DNA of 64,000 bases from Acidobacteriota bacterium (lineage in GTDB: Bacteria > Acidobacteriota > UBA6911 > JACQSX01). Where the stretch lies: positions 93,188 through 157,187 of the forward strand of contig DASXQR010000017.1 of NCBI GenBank assembly GCA_036507075.1, in the 5' to 3' direction. The translations under genes and the position numbers were made by a program. The notes under the pieces were generated by a model. That model had not been told where the DNA came from, made no database searches, and worked only from the letters and a program-made list of their open reading frames with translations. Shown piece by piece: positions 10,256 to 20,352 of the stretch (its first letter is position 1; each line of letters begins with the position of its first letter).

Positions 10256-13072
10256 TCACTTCAATCCTGCTCGTTCCACCAGCCGGTCAAGGTTGCCGAA
10301 AGCCTGCACCAGCGACTGCTTGTCTACCAGCACAGACTCAAAGATGTCCCCCGTCCGGTCAAGTCTTTTGAAAATGGTCTTCATGTTGTAATCGGCAGGA
10401 TCCAGATTCTTTCTGCCGATCTCGCGCCAGGTCATCGGAGTTGAAGCCGGAGCGCCGGTGCGGGGGCGCAACACGTAGGGTCCAACCACCGTCTTACCTC
10501 GAACATTCTGAAGGAAGTCGATGTAAACCTTGCCGGTCCGGTTCTTCACCGCCCGTTCCAGTGTCACAAGCCGGGGATAGCGCTGCACCATGATGTTTCC
10601 CAGCAGCTCTGCGAATTGGCGCGCCTGTTCGTAGGTGTATTCGGGCTGCAGCGGGACAAAGATGTGAATCCCGGTCGCTCCTGAGGTTTTCGGATAGGCG
10701 CGAAGGCCGATCATTTCCAGATACTCGTGGAGCTTCAGGGCAACCTCCTGGACCATCGAGAACGGGGCCTTTTCCGGATCAAGATCAAACACGATGAAGT
10801 CCGGATTATCGAGACTCTGGACGCGGGAGCTCCACGGGTTGTGGGGGATGCAGGCCAGATTTGCCAGATAGAGCAGCGTGTCGCGATCATTGCAAATTGT
10901 GTAGTAGACATTCCGCCGGGTATCAGGGCTATAGATCTTTGCCCTTGGGATCCATTCGGGAAAGTAGTCAGGCGTGTTTTTCTGGTAAAAGGATTGGCCG
11001 TTTATGCCGTCGGGAAAGCGCTCCAGATTCAGCGGACGGTCGCGCAGGTGGGGCAGAATGATGGGCGCGATCCGGTCGTAAAAGGAAATCAAGTCTCTCT
11101 TCGTGTAACCGTCCTCGGGCCAAAGGACCTTGTCCAAGTTGGAAAATGCAATTTCATGTTCCGTGTGGAACTCATTTTCAACAGCGGAGCGGGAGCCGGC
11201 CTTACGAGAGGTCAAAGTCTTCCCCGCTTTTGCCCGCGTGGTTGTGACGCCGGACTTCTTTGCCGGGTCCTTCAGAGACGCCGTGTCTGTCTTCTTCGCT
11301 TCCGATTTTTCAGTCCTGCGCGCACCCGAAGCCGTCTTTTTCGCCTCCGGTTGTCCTTCGCTGCCAAGCCGGGTCCTGGTGCTGCGCTTTTTCATACCGG
11401 CTGGTTTTCTAGCCTTGGCGGTGGCGCTTTCCTCAGCCAGGCGAACCGTCCGCTTCGAATCCTGTTCCTTCTCGCGGACGCAGTTGAGGGGGTCTTTGTC
11501 TTCGCGCAATCCGAGGAACACGGGATGGCGAATCATTCCGTCGTGGGTCCATTCGGTGAAACGCACCTGCGCCACCAGTACGGGTTTTACCCAGTGGACT
11601 TCGCGCAACCGCGGTGGATTGGAGAGCGGTGATTTCTCCACCTCGAGCTTCTTCAATTTGGCGTATATCTCCTTCAGTGTTGAAATCGTGAAGCCGCCGC
11701 CGGAACTGCCGGCAAATACCAGATTCTTCCGCTCGTCGTAGAGTCCCAACAGGAGGGAACCGAAATACTGGCGCGAACCCTTCGGCTCCGTGTAGCCCAC
11801 AACCACAAACTCCTGCTGCAAGGTGCATCGTATTTTGAGCCACTGGCGGCTGCGTCTGGATTCATAGAAGCTGTTGCGTTCCTTGGCCATGATTCCTTCC
11901 AGGTGACGATCCGCTGCGGCGCGGAAAAAGGCCTTGCCGCGTTCTTCCACATGGTCGGAGTAAATCAGCCGGCCTGCCGACGGTGAATTCCCGTTGGAAA
12001 GGATGACCTGCAGGATCTCTTTGCGTTTCCAGAGAGGAACTTCCGCCAGCAGGTAACCGTTGCAGTAAAGCAGATCGAAAATCACGAAGTGGACCGGCAC
12101 GTCGCGCATTCGCGCTTCCACATCCGCTGCACGAGTCAAATGCATGCGCGGCTGCAGGCGTTGAAAGCTGGACAACCCGTTTTCATCCAGGGCCACAATC
12201 TCGCCGTCGAAAATCGCTTGGTTTAACGGCATCTCCTCCAGCGCTTCCCGAACTTCAGGGAAGCGATCTTTCATTTCAAGATCATTGCGCGAGAGCAGAC
12301 GAATATTTTGGCCGTTTTTGTATGCCAGGGCGCGCACGCCGTCATATTTGATTTCAAACAGCCATTGCGGGGAATCGAACGCTTCCTCAACCAGCGTAGC
12401 CAGCATCATGCCGATTCGCCTGGGCATCGGTTCTTTCTTGCCGGACTTAATATCCAGTTTCTCCAATTGTTTTTCAGTCGGCGTATGCCACTGGCGGGCA
12501 CCCTTGCTTTTTTCCAGTTGCTCGATGGTCTTTCCCGACTTGACCGACTCGGGACGTTCGGCGGTAATGTCAACATCAGGGTTGGCTGTCTCGTCTCCCT
12601 TTTTGAACAACAGCCAATCCTTGCTGGTCCGTCCTCTGGTACGAACCAGGATCCAGACGCCTTTCAATTTCTTTCCATGGAAGAGAATGTGCAGCTTGCC
12701 CTGTTCCCACGCCGTTTGAGGATCCGGGAAATCATAATCTGTCAATTCGTACGTCCCCTTATCCCATACGATCACCGTTCCGGCGCCGTAGTTTCCTTCG
12801 GGAATAGTGCCCTCGAAATCTCCGTAGTCCAGGGGATGATCTTCAACCTGAACGGCCAGTCTCTTCTCGCGCGGATCATAAGAAGGACCCTTAGGCACAG
12901 CCCAACTGCGAAGCACTCCTTCCATTTCCAGGCGCAAGTCATAGTGCAGCCGCGTAGCCTTGTGTTTTTGGATCACAAACGTAAGTTTCCGGGGTTTGGC
13001 CTTCTTGACCTTGCCGCGCGGCTCGGGAGTGGCGGAAAAATCCCGTTTCCTGGCGTAATCCTTCAGCGACAT
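10256..13072 (-). CDS. ligD: ATP-dependent DNA ligase D (phosphoesterase-ligase-polymerase)
   Basis: 938 aa; N-terminal 3'-phosphoesterase domain, central ligase (KYDGVR adenylation motif), ~100-aa K/R/T/S-rich linker, C-terminal LigD primase-polymerase domain. Confidence 0.9.
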   Translation of the reverse strand: MSLKDYARKRDFSATPEPRGKVKKAKPRKLTFVIQKHKATRLHYDLRLEMEGVLRSWAVPKGPSYDPREKRLAVQVEDHPLDYGDFEGTIPEGNYGAGTVIVWDKGTYELTDYDFPDPQTAWEQGKLHILFHGKKLKGVWILVRTRGRTSKDWLLFKKGDETANPDVDITAERPESVKSGKTIEQLEKSKGARQWHTPTEKQLEKLDIKSGKKEPMPRRIGMMLATLVEEAFDSPQWLFEIKYDGVRALAYKNGQNIRLLSRNDLEMKDRFPEVREALEEMPLNQAIFDGEIVALDENGLSSFQRLQPRMHLTRAADVEARMRDVPVHFVIFDLLYCNGYLLAEVPLWKRKEILQVILSNGNSPSAGRLIYSDHVEERGKAFFRAAADRHLEGIMAKERNSFYESRRSRQWLKIRCTLQQEFVVVGYTEPKGSRQYFGSLLLGLYDERKNLVFAGSSGGGFTISTLKEIYAKLKKLEVEKSPLSNPPRLREVHWVKPVLVAQVRFTEWTHDGMIRHPVFLGLREDKDPLNCVREKEQDSKRTVRLAEESATAKARKPAGMKKRSTRTRLGSEGQPEAKKTASGARRTEKSEAKKTDTASLKDPAKKSGVTTTRAKAGKTLTSRKAGSRSAVENEFHTEHEIAFSNLDKVLWPEDGYTKRDLISFYDRIAPIILPHLRDRPLNLERFPDGINGQSFYQKNTPDYFPEWIPRAKIYSPDTRRNVYYTICNDRDTLLYLANLACIPHNPWSSRVQSLDNPDFIVFDLDPEKAPFSMVQEVALKLHEYLEMIGLRAYPKTSGATGIHIFVPLQPEYTYEQARQFAELLGNIMVQRYPRLVTLERAVKNRTGKVYIDFLQNVRGKTVVGPYVLRPRTGAPASTPMTWREIGRKNLDPADYNMKTIFKRLDRTGDIFESVLVDKQSLVQAFGNLDRLVERAGLK

Positions 13073-13142
13073 AGGCTCATTTTAGTTGAACGGGTCCAGC
13101 GTGGGGTTAAGAATCATGCGGGAGTGAAGTGATATTTTCGGG

Positions 13143-13201
13143 GTAGAAACGCGACGCGCCTGAGATGGCCGCGATATGTCGCGTCCCTGGAGTTTCTATA
13201 C
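13143..13201. repeat. GC-rich palindrome X (GTAGAAACGCGAC...GCGATATGTCGCGTC...GTTTCTATAC)
   Basis: Read directly; related to the perfect palindrome at 22314-22367. Confidence 0.7.
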
Positions 13202-13208
13202 TTGGGGC

Positions 13209-13296
13209 GGAGAGACGGCCCGAGGGCCGTCTCCGGGATGTCCCGGGATTGCCCTGCCGTCGACTTCGCCCGAGACGGCCATCGGACCGTCTCTCC
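13209..13296. repeat. Y element, ~88 bp with terminal inverted repeats GGAGAGACGGCCCGAGGGCCGTCTC ... GAGACGGCCATCGGACCGTCTCTCC
   Basis: Near-identical to the reverse complement of 24555-24644, with the shared internal segment CGGGATTGCCCTGCCNTCGACTTCGCCCGAGACGGCC; partial copy at 2675-2698. Confidence 0.85.
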
Positions 13297-13352
13297 GCGT
13301 GACCAACACACAGGGGCGCGATGTATCGCGGTTCGCCGATTTTCAGCCTTGA

Positions 13353-16300
13353 TTAAACCACTTTGCGCGTATCAACGCGGGTGACAGGTTCGGATCCTTT
13401 GACGGGCGCCATTGCGGGCCTGCGGCGGAAGCGGCCCATGACGTCGCGTCCGGAGCGCCCCAGCCGGCGCCAGTGAAGTGTCGCGGCCAGATCATCCAGG
13501 TAGGAATAAGCCACCGGAGTTGCCAGCAGCGTGAGCAGCAGCGACAGCGATTGACCCCCGATGACCACCATCGCAATGGCTCGACGTTCCTCGGCGCCCG
13601 GACCGGTCCCGACGGCCAGCGGCAGCATGCCGGCCACCAGCGCCAGCGTGGTCATAAGAATCGGCCGCAATCGGTCGCGGTTGCCCTGCATGATGGCTTC
13701 CAGCCGGTCCATTCCGGCGGCCCGCAGATTGTTCATGTGATCAATCTGCAGGATGGCGTTCTTTTTAACGACGCCAAACAACACCAGAATGCCCAGCGCG
13801 GAATACAGATTGAGAGTGTTGCCGGTCGCCCAAAGCGACAGCAGCGCAAAAGGAACGGAAAGCGGAAGGGACAACAGGATGGTGAACGGATGCATCAGGC
13901 TCTCGAACTGCGACGCCAGAATCATGTACATGAAAATGACCGACAGCAGGAATGCAAAAAGGAATTCCGTAAAAGTGCGCTCCAGTTCCCGCCCCTTTCC
14001 GGCAACGGTTGTGGTGTAGGAAGACGGCAAATTCATTTCCGCCGCCGCCTTTCTTAATGCGGCGATTCGGTCCGCCAGGGCATAGCCGGGCCCCACCGAG
14101 GCACGCAAACTGGCCATGCGCTGCCGGTCCAACCGGTCAACGCGCGTGGCCGTACGCGCCGGAACTATGCGCACCACGCTGTCAAGGCGAACCAGATCGC
14201 CGCCCTGGCGCGGAACGTAGAGCAGGCCGATGGTGTTTCGATTATTTCGGTCTTTTTCCGACAGTCGAAGCTGTACGTCGTAGTCGTCATTTACGGAGGC
14301 GTCACGGAACCGCGACACCCTCTGATCCCCGCCAACCATCAGGCGCAGCGCGGTGGCTATATCCTCGGTGCTGACGCCCAGGTCCGCTGCGCGAGCGCGG
14401 TCGATTTCCACCCGCAGCTCCGGTCTATCAAGTTTAAGAGTCGTGTCGGCGTCAACGATACCGCCCAGTTGCTGGGCTTTGTCACGCAGCCTTGCGATAT
14501 AAAGGGCCAGTGAATCCAGGTCCGGTCCGCGCAGTACAAAATCAATTTCCGAATAGCCGCCGCCGATATTGAAAGAAGGCGCGTTGCGGACGGAACATCG
14601 CAGGTCGCGGAATTTCCGCAGCCGCCTGCGGATTTCGACCATCACGTCGCGCTGCGAGTAATTCCCTTCAAAGGCTTGCAGCGGTTTTCCATGAAGGATT
14701 CCACGCCACAAGCGCGGGAGAGAAAAGATGCGTTCGTCATGGGGAGCGATCCGAACATATCCGCGGCCCTCGTTTACCCCGCTGATGTAGCTTCCTCCAA
14801 CACCCGCCAGCACCAGTCGGACACCGCGAACCGAGCGGATTTCACGCTCCACTTTCTGCATCACATCATCCATGGATGCCAGGCTGGTACCTTCCGGGGC
14901 ATTGATATTGACGTCAAACTCGGCCTCGTCAACATCGGTCGGAATGTATTCCTGCCTCACCTGTCGGTAGAGCGGAACTGAAGAAGCGATTACCACCAAT
15001 GCCAGCAGCGCCACGATCAGGCGGTGGCGCATGGTCACGGCAAGCAGCCGGCTGTAGGTGCGATCGATCCAGCCGTAGAAGCCCATTCTGGATCGTGCAG
15101 CCTGCTGGGTGCTGGCTGCATCCTGGGAGCGCAGCAATCGCGCGCTCATCATGGGCGTGAGCGTAAAGGAAACCAGCAAGCTGACCATCACCGCGACGGC
15201 CGCGGTGATTCCAAACTGGTAGAGAAACCGTCCTGAGATGCTGGACATGAACGAAACGGGCACAAATATGACGACCAGGCTCAAGGTTGTGGCCATGACC
15301 GCCAGCCCGATTTCCGCGGTCGCCGCGCGCGCGGCCTCAAAAGGACGGATCTTCTTTTCCTCTACGAAGCGGAAAATGTTTTCCAGGACGACGATGGCGT
15401 CATCGATAACGATTCCCACCATCAGAACCAGCGCCAGCATCGTGACGCTGTTCATCGTGAAATCCAGCGCGCGCATCATGCCGAAAGTCGAGATTACGGA
15501 AGCGGGAATCGCCACGCCGGCGATCAGCGTCGATCGCCAGTTGCGCATAAACGCCAGCACCACCAGGCATGCCAGAATGCTGCCCAAAATCAGATGAATA
15601 GTGATTTCGTGCAGCGCTTCGTAAATGTAGCGCGACTGATCGCGAATGGGCATCAGCTTGATGTCGGCGGGCAATTGGGATTCGATGCGGCGCATATTCG
15701 CCTTGACCGCTTCGATCACCGCCACTGTGTTGGCGCCCGACTGGCGGCGGACCTCCAGCGTGACGGTAGGCACTCCGTTCAGGCGCGAGGTGCTGCGCTG
15801 CTCTTTGGTCCCGTCTTCCGCCCACCCGATGTCCTGCACCCGGACCGGAGTCCCGTTGATGGTTGTGATTACCAGATCGTTGAATAATTTCGGATCCACG
15901 ATCCGTCCCATGGTTCGTAGCGTGTGCTCGTTGACAGCGCCGGTGATATTCCCTCCGGGAATGTCGGCATTCTGGCGGACCAGAGCATTGCGAATCTGCG
16001 TGATGGGAATCTGGTACGCAGCCAGTCGATCGGCATCGACCCAGATATTGATGGCGCGCTGCAGGCCGCCCTGCATGCGGATTTCTCCCACTCCCTCGGA
16101 GCGCTCCAGTTGCTGGCGCACCACTTTGTCGGCGATCTCTGTCAGCTCCCGCAGCGGACGAGGGCCGGATACGGCGATGGTCAAAACCGGGGTGGAGTCG
16201 TTGTCAAATTTGCTCACGATCGGAGGATCCGCGTCACGCGGAAGATCACGAACGACAGTCGCTACACGATCGCGAACGTCCTGCGCGGCCGTATCGATGT

Positions 16301-16601
16301 CCCGATCCAGGTTGAAAGTGGCGATGACAAAAGAAGTTCCTTGTCCGGACACGGAGCGCAGCTCACTGATGCCTTCAACGGTATTGACGGCTTCCTCAAT
16401 GCGCTGTGAGATTTCGGCTTCAGTTTCTTCAGGAGAGGCCCCGGGCAAAAAAGTACGGGTGGCCACAGTGGGGAGGTCCACGGATGGAAAGCGGTCTACC
16501 CCGAGGCGAAAGTAGCTGTCAGTACCCACGACAACCAGCGCGAGGATCAGCATGGCGGCAAAGACAGGGCGCTTTATGCAGACTTCAGCGAGCTTTTGCA
16601 T
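13353..16601 (-). CDS. efflux RND transporter permease subunit (AcrB/CzcA superfamily)
   Basis: 1082 aa, twelve-TM RND architecture, typical RND N-terminus (MQKLAEVCIKRPVFAAMLILALVVVG...). Confidence 0.9.
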   Translation of the reverse strand: MQKLAEVCIKRPVFAAMLILALVVVGTDSYFRLGVDRFPSVDLPTVATRTFLPGASPEETEAEISQRIEEAVNTVEGISELRSVSGQGTSFVIATFNLDRDIDTAAQDVRDRVATVVRDLPRDADPPIVSKFDNDSTPVLTIAVSGPRPLRELTEIADKVVRQQLERSEGVGEIRMQGGLQRAINIWVDADRLAAYQIPITQIRNALVRQNADIPGGNITGAVNEHTLRTMGRIVDPKLFNDLVITTINGTPVRVQDIGWAEDGTKEQRSTSRLNGVPTVTLEVRRQSGANTVAVIEAVKANMRRIESQLPADIKLMPIRDQSRYIYEALHEITIHLILGSILACLVVLAFMRNWRSTLIAGVAIPASVISTFGMMRALDFTMNSVTMLALVLMVGIVIDDAIVVLENIFRFVEEKKIRPFEAARAATAEIGLAVMATTLSLVVIFVPVSFMSSISGRFLYQFGITAAVAVMVSLLVSFTLTPMMSARLLRSQDAASTQQAARSRMGFYGWIDRTYSRLLAVTMRHRLIVALLALVVIASSVPLYRQVRQEYIPTDVDEAEFDVNINAPEGTSLASMDDVMQKVEREIRSVRGVRLVLAGVGGSYISGVNEGRGYVRIAPHDERIFSLPRLWRGILHGKPLQAFEGNYSQRDVMVEIRRRLRKFRDLRCSVRNAPSFNIGGGYSEIDFVLRGPDLDSLALYIARLRDKAQQLGGIVDADTTLKLDRPELRVEIDRARAADLGVSTEDIATALRLMVGGDQRVSRFRDASVNDDYDVQLRLSEKDRNNRNTIGLLYVPRQGGDLVRLDSVVRIVPARTATRVDRLDRQRMASLRASVGPGYALADRIAALRKAAAEMNLPSSYTTTVAGKGRELERTFTEFLFAFLLSVIFMYMILASQFESLMHPFTILLSLPLSVPFALLSLWATGNTLNLYSALGILVLFGVVKKNAILQIDHMNNLRAAGMDRLEAIMQGNRDRLRPILMTTLALVAGMLPLAVGTGPGAEERRAIAMVVIGGQSLSLLLTLLATPVAYSYLDDLAATLHWRRLGRSGRDVMGRFRRRPAMAPVKGSEPVTRVDTRKVV

Positions 16602-18000
16602 TTTCTTCCCAGATCACTGTTACCGGGTCTCCGCTGATCAGGTTTCCGGGCTCAATTACCACAGGCTCACCCGCGGCGAGCCCGCTGCTTATTTCGATGC
16701 GATCGCCGTCATGCCGTCCCGTCTGAACGCGTTTTTCCACCGCCTTGTCGTTCTTGACGCTGATTACTTTCTCGATTCCGGCAAACGTCACCACCGAAGA
16801 AGCCGGCACGAAAATAGAGGGTTTCAGGGCCGCCGTCAGGATCTCAGCTTTGGCAAAGCTGCCCGGTCTCAACTGCCCGCCGGCGTTGGGCACTTCAGCC
16901 TCCACCATCAGGGTTCGATTGCCTTCGGAAATCGACGGGCTGAGTCGCGCCACACGCCCGGAATGCTCACTCTGGCTGCCTTCCACACGAACTCTCACGA
17001 ACTGGCCGGTGCGAATTCCGCCGGCTTCACGCTCCGGGACTGCCAGCCGGAGCCGCAACGGATGAATTTTGACCAGTGTTACCACTGGAGCTCCAGCCGC
17101 CAGGTATTCGCCCATGGAGGCGTGGCGCTCGCGCACCATCGCGTCCAGGGGAACGTGCAGGATGGTGTCGGCCAACTGCTGTCTTGCAATTTCCAGTTCC
17201 GAGCGACGCTGAGCAAGGATGGCTTGCCTGTTGCGAACCTCTTCCTGCGCGTCCTGATACCGGCCTTCCGCCACCTGAAGGGAGGTTGCCGCTGCGTCCA
17301 GTTGCGCCCGAGAAACGATCTTCTGCTCCCAAAGAGCGCTCATGCGGTCGCTGTTAAGCTTTGCTTCCTGAAGCACCGCCCGCGCCTGCCTCACCAGAGA
17401 AGTCTTCTCCGGATCGATGTGATCGTCCTTTCCTTCGGGTGGAAGGCCCAGTCGCGCGCGGGCCTGCTGCAACGCCGTCTGCGCCTGCTCCATCCTCAAC
17501 CGGTAATCAGTGGTATCCAGCTTGGCGATCGCCTGTCCTCTGCGCACCGGGCTTCCCAGGTCCACGGAGATTTCGCTCAACCGACCCGGGACTTTCATTG
17601 CCAGCACGACTTGTTCTTCGGCGGCCAGAGTTCCGCTTACCGCAACAGCGCGCGCCACGGTTTCTTCCCGAGCGCGCGTCACGCGGACCTTTCTTGGTGC
17701 CGCGGTAGATCTCGGTCCCCGCTGGCTGGTATCGGCCGCACCTTCGCGTGAAGCCGCGGTGGTGGTTCTTTCACTGCTGCAGGCGCTCACAAAGACCGCC
17801 AGGGCGAGAGCCGGCAGCCAGAAAGCAATTTTCCGGAGGCGCAGGCTCAATTTGTTTAGCTGGCTTGTAAAGGGCCCGGTAGATTCGGAACAGGCAAAAC
17901 TTGCAGAATGGCGCCCGGACCCGCGATGAAATCCGATCTGATTCGTCACAATTCTTGCGCCCTTCCTACTACCTGATCGATGACCAAAGTGAATGAACAA
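16585..18000 (-). CDS. efflux RND transporter periplasmic adaptor (membrane fusion protein)
   Basis: HlyD/MFP-like beta-barrel and lipoyl region; overlaps the permease start by 17 nt; the real start is probably downstream of 18000, near 17850, just before the hydrophobic segment IAFWLPALALAVFVSAC; no outer-membrane factor gene is adjacent. Confidence 0.8.
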   Translation of the reverse strand: MFIHFGHRSGSRKGARIVTNQIGFHRGSGRHSASFACSESTGPFTSQLNKLSLRLRKIAFWLPALALAVFVSACSSERTTTAASREGAADTSQRGPRSTAAPRKVRVTRAREETVARAVAVSGTLAAEEQVVLAMKVPGRLSEISVDLGSPVRRGQAIAKLDTTDYRLRMEQAQTALQQARARLGLPPEGKDDHIDPEKTSLVRQARAVLQEAKLNSDRMSALWEQKIVSRAQLDAAATSLQVAEGRYQDAQEEVRNRQAILAQRRSELEIARQQLADTILHVPLDAMVRERHASMGEYLAAGAPVVTLVKIHPLRLRLAVPEREAGGIRTGQFVRVRVEGSQSEHSGRVARLSPSISEGNRTLMVEAEVPNAGGQLRPGSFAKAEILTAALKPSIFVPASSVVTFAGIEKVISVKNDKAVEKRVQTGRHDGDRIEISSGLAAGEPVVIEPGNLISGDPVTVIWEENAKAR

Positions 18001-18190
18001 CAGGCATTTTAGAATATTGGGAGCCCCTGCTCAAGCTGAAGGCACACCACGCCGCCGCCAGGGCGACACGACATGTCCTTTTGGCACTTACGGATCGCAA
18101 CGCACTTGTTTCACCGGCCCAGTCTGGTTCTCTCGGCTCGACGGGCTCGTTGCCCAAATCGAGACTGGAGGCGCTCCGTCCACGAGTCTG

Positions 18191-18322
18191 CCACGAAGGC
18201 ACGAAGACAGGAAGGTTTCCGTATTTACCCTGAAGTGAAACGTTACGAAATCCACAATCATGTTTCTAAAAGTGGCACTCTAAGATCAATCTAGATCTTC
18301 GTGCCTTCGTGGCAACTCGTGG
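18191..18322. repeat. palindromic element, CACGAAG family (ccacgaaggcacgaagacaggaagg ... cttcgtgccttcgtggcaactcgtgg) with apical core AAGTGGCACTC
   Basis: Read directly; the apex core is shared with the elements at 36115, 54038 and 56885. Confidence 0.9.
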
Positions 18323-18390
18323 ACTTGGGCGGCTCTTTGGTTGCTACGGCCGGGCTTTGACTCCGCTGCGCCCTCACAGGCTTCGTCGCC

Positions 18391-18564
18391 TCATTTGAAC
18401 GGGAAAAAGTACATCACCCATCCCAGGGCAAAGGCTGAACCTATGAAACAAAAAAGGAGCCAGAAAAAATAACGCCACCGCTCGATTTTTGTAGGCTTCA
18501 TCAGCAGCGCAAAACAGGCCGAGACCACGATGGCGAACACAACCAGCGACAAGAAATGACTCAA
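18391..18564 (-). CDS. small hydrophobic membrane protein, 57 aa (MSHFLSLVVFAIVVSACFALLMKP...); not in the supplied ORF track
   Basis: TTG start 5 nt downstream of GGAGAGG; start overlaps the stop of the upstream ORF 18561..18941 (TTGA); two predicted TM helices. Confidence 0.35.
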   Translation of the reverse strand: MSHFLSLVVFAIVVSACFALLMKPTKIERWRYFFWLLFCFIGSAFALGWVMYFFPFK

Positions 18565-18941
18565 TCTTTCCTCTCCTGCGCAATGTCAAAGGCGTCGACC
18601 ACAAACAGCATGTTCAGTAATCCTGCCGTAAGCAGGAACGTATTTCCGTATTCAAACGTAAATGCGGTGATGTCTCCCTGACCGATCCCGGCCTGCCGCG
18701 CCCAGAAATAGATCAGCCCCATGCTGATGTTGTCGAAAAACTTGAGAATAGAAAAAAAGTCGCCGCCCTCCAGACCATAGATTTTTCCGTTCTGCCTCAG
18801 TCCCAGCCAAAAGAGAATTCCAAATGAGGCTAGAAATACCAGGGCCCGGAACCATTTTTTCAAGAAAAAATGACCCATCCCGGGGACTGCCCAGGCTAGA
18901 ACGCACGCTGCAACTGTCTTTCCTGGATTCTTCAGGGTCAT
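18561..18941 (-). CDS. hypothetical membrane protein
   Basis: 126 aa with three or four hydrophobic helices; no recognisable catalytic motif. Confidence 0.4.
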   Translation of the reverse strand: MTLKNPGKTVAACVLAWAVPGMGHFFLKKWFRALVFLASFGILFWLGLRQNGKIYGLEGGDFFSILKFFDNISMGLIYFWARQAGIGQGDITAFTFEYGNTFLLTAGLLNMLFVVDAFDIAQERKD

Positions 18942-19007
18942 ATATTAAATCCCAAACTTATCAATATACCGTTTTCGGGACCACCGTGGAAAGACCGTTT
19001 CGAAAAT

Positions 19008-19126
19008 CAGAATGCGGAATGTGGATTGCGGAATGCGGAATACAATCAACTTAATTCTTCAAAGCAGACCAAATGCCTTGCTATTCCGCATTCCGCATTC
19101 CGAAATCCGTATTCGGATTCGGATTG
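19008..19126. repeat. palindromic element, CGGAATG family
   Basis: cagaatgcggaatgtggattgcggaatgcggaatac ... ctattccgcattccgcattccgaaatccgtattcggattcggattg; lies in a divergent intergenic gap. Confidence 0.9.
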
Positions 19127-19211
19127 ACCCGCTAACCCCAGCAGTCTGCCTGCGCGGCGTTTGTATTTGAAGCCTGCGTCGGTTAAACTTCATGGTTTTT
19201 CCGGAGGATGA

Positions 19212-20351
19212 TTGATCAAGAAACGCATCTTCACGCCTGGTCCCACCCCGATCTACCCGGAAGCAAGCAAAGTGATGGCCGGGCCGGCGCTACACCATCG
19301 AAAAAAAGAGTTCAAAGAGATTTTTGAACAAACGCTGAAAAATCTAAGGGCAATCTACCGGACCGAAAACGATCTGCTCATTTTAAGCTGCTCTGGCACG
19401 GGCGCCATGGAGTCGGCAGTGGTGAATCTGCTCTCGCCGGGAGCCAAAGCGCTGATCGCCACAGCCGGAAAATTCGGAGAACGATGGGAAAGTCTGTGCA
19501 AGCAATACGGGATTCAGACAACGGTCATCCGAAAGGAGTATGGTGAATCCATCACCGCTTCGGAAATCGGAAATCACCTGGAAAAGGATTCCGGCATTGA
19601 GGCCGTGTTTGTACAGGGATGCGAAAGTTCTACGGGCGCTTCCATGGATCTGAAGGCCATCGGAGAGGTGGTCTCGCGCCATTCCGGCACGGTAAGCGTG
19701 GTAGACGCGATAACCACTTTGGGCGTCGAACCCTTGTACACGGATCAATGGAAGCTGGACGTGGTGATCGGAGGGTCGCAGAAGGCCTTCATGATTCCTC
19801 CGGGCCTGGCTTTTGTCTCCATCAGCCGCAAGGCTTGGGAGAAGTCCAAGAAGTGCAGCGCCAGGAAATTCTATTTCGATTGGAGCCGGGAGCAGGCCAA
19901 CCAGCCCAAGGGCCAGACGGCTTTCACGCCGGCGGTCAATCTGGTGCAAGCACTGCTGGAATCAACGAACTTCATTCTGCAGGACGGCGTAGACGATCTA
20001 GTCGCGAATGCGTCTTTGCTGGCGCGGATGGCGCGGGCGGCGGTCCAGGCGTGGGGCTTGACGCTCTTTCCCCGCCAGCCAGCTAATGCGCTCACGGCAA
20101 TTTCCATTGCGCCTCCCCTGGATGCGCAGAGACTGATCTCAGAGTTGCAGGACAGGTTCGGGGCGGTGATTGCGGGCGGGCAGGGAGAGATGAAAGGCAA
20201 GATCATCCGCATTGCCCATCTTGGATATTATGACGCGCTTGACCTGATCGGCTTGCTGGGCGCCATTGAGTATTGTCTGCGCAAACAAGGACACAAGTTC
20301 GAACTGGGAAGCGGTGTGGCGGCAGCATTGCAGGTGCTGGCGGCGGATTGA
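19212..20351 (+). CDS. class V (AGXT/SGAT family) PLP-dependent aminotransferase, probably serine/phosphoserine aminotransferase
   Basis: 379 aa; fold-type I class V motifs and a GGSQKAF PLP-lysine region; immediately upstream of serA. Confidence 0.8.
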   Translation: MIKKRIFTPGPTPIYPEASKVMAGPALHHRKKEFKEIFEQTLKNLRAIYRTENDLLILSCSGTGAMESAVVNLLSPGAKALIATAGKFGERWESLCKQYGIQTTVIRKEYGESITASEIGNHLEKDSGIEAVFVQGCESSTGASMDLKAIGEVVSRHSGTVSVVDAITTLGVEPLYTDQWKLDVVIGGSQKAFMIPPGLAFVSISRKAWEKSKKCSARKFYFDWSREQANQPKGQTAFTPAVNLVQALLESTNFILQDGVDDLVANASLLARMARAAVQAWGLTLFPRQPANALTAISIAPPLDAQRLISELQDRFGAVIAGGQGEMKGKIIRIAHLGYYDALDLIGLLGAIEYCLRKQGHKFELGSGVAAALQVLAAD

Positions 20352-20352
20352 T

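Noticed and set aside
10727-11843. Plus-strand ORFs of up to 301 aa inside ligD, and 13473..14057, 15646..16515, 16552..17751 inside the RND genes
   Set aside because: They are antisense to strongly supported long genes. High GC gives long spurious frames, and they have no recognisable domains.
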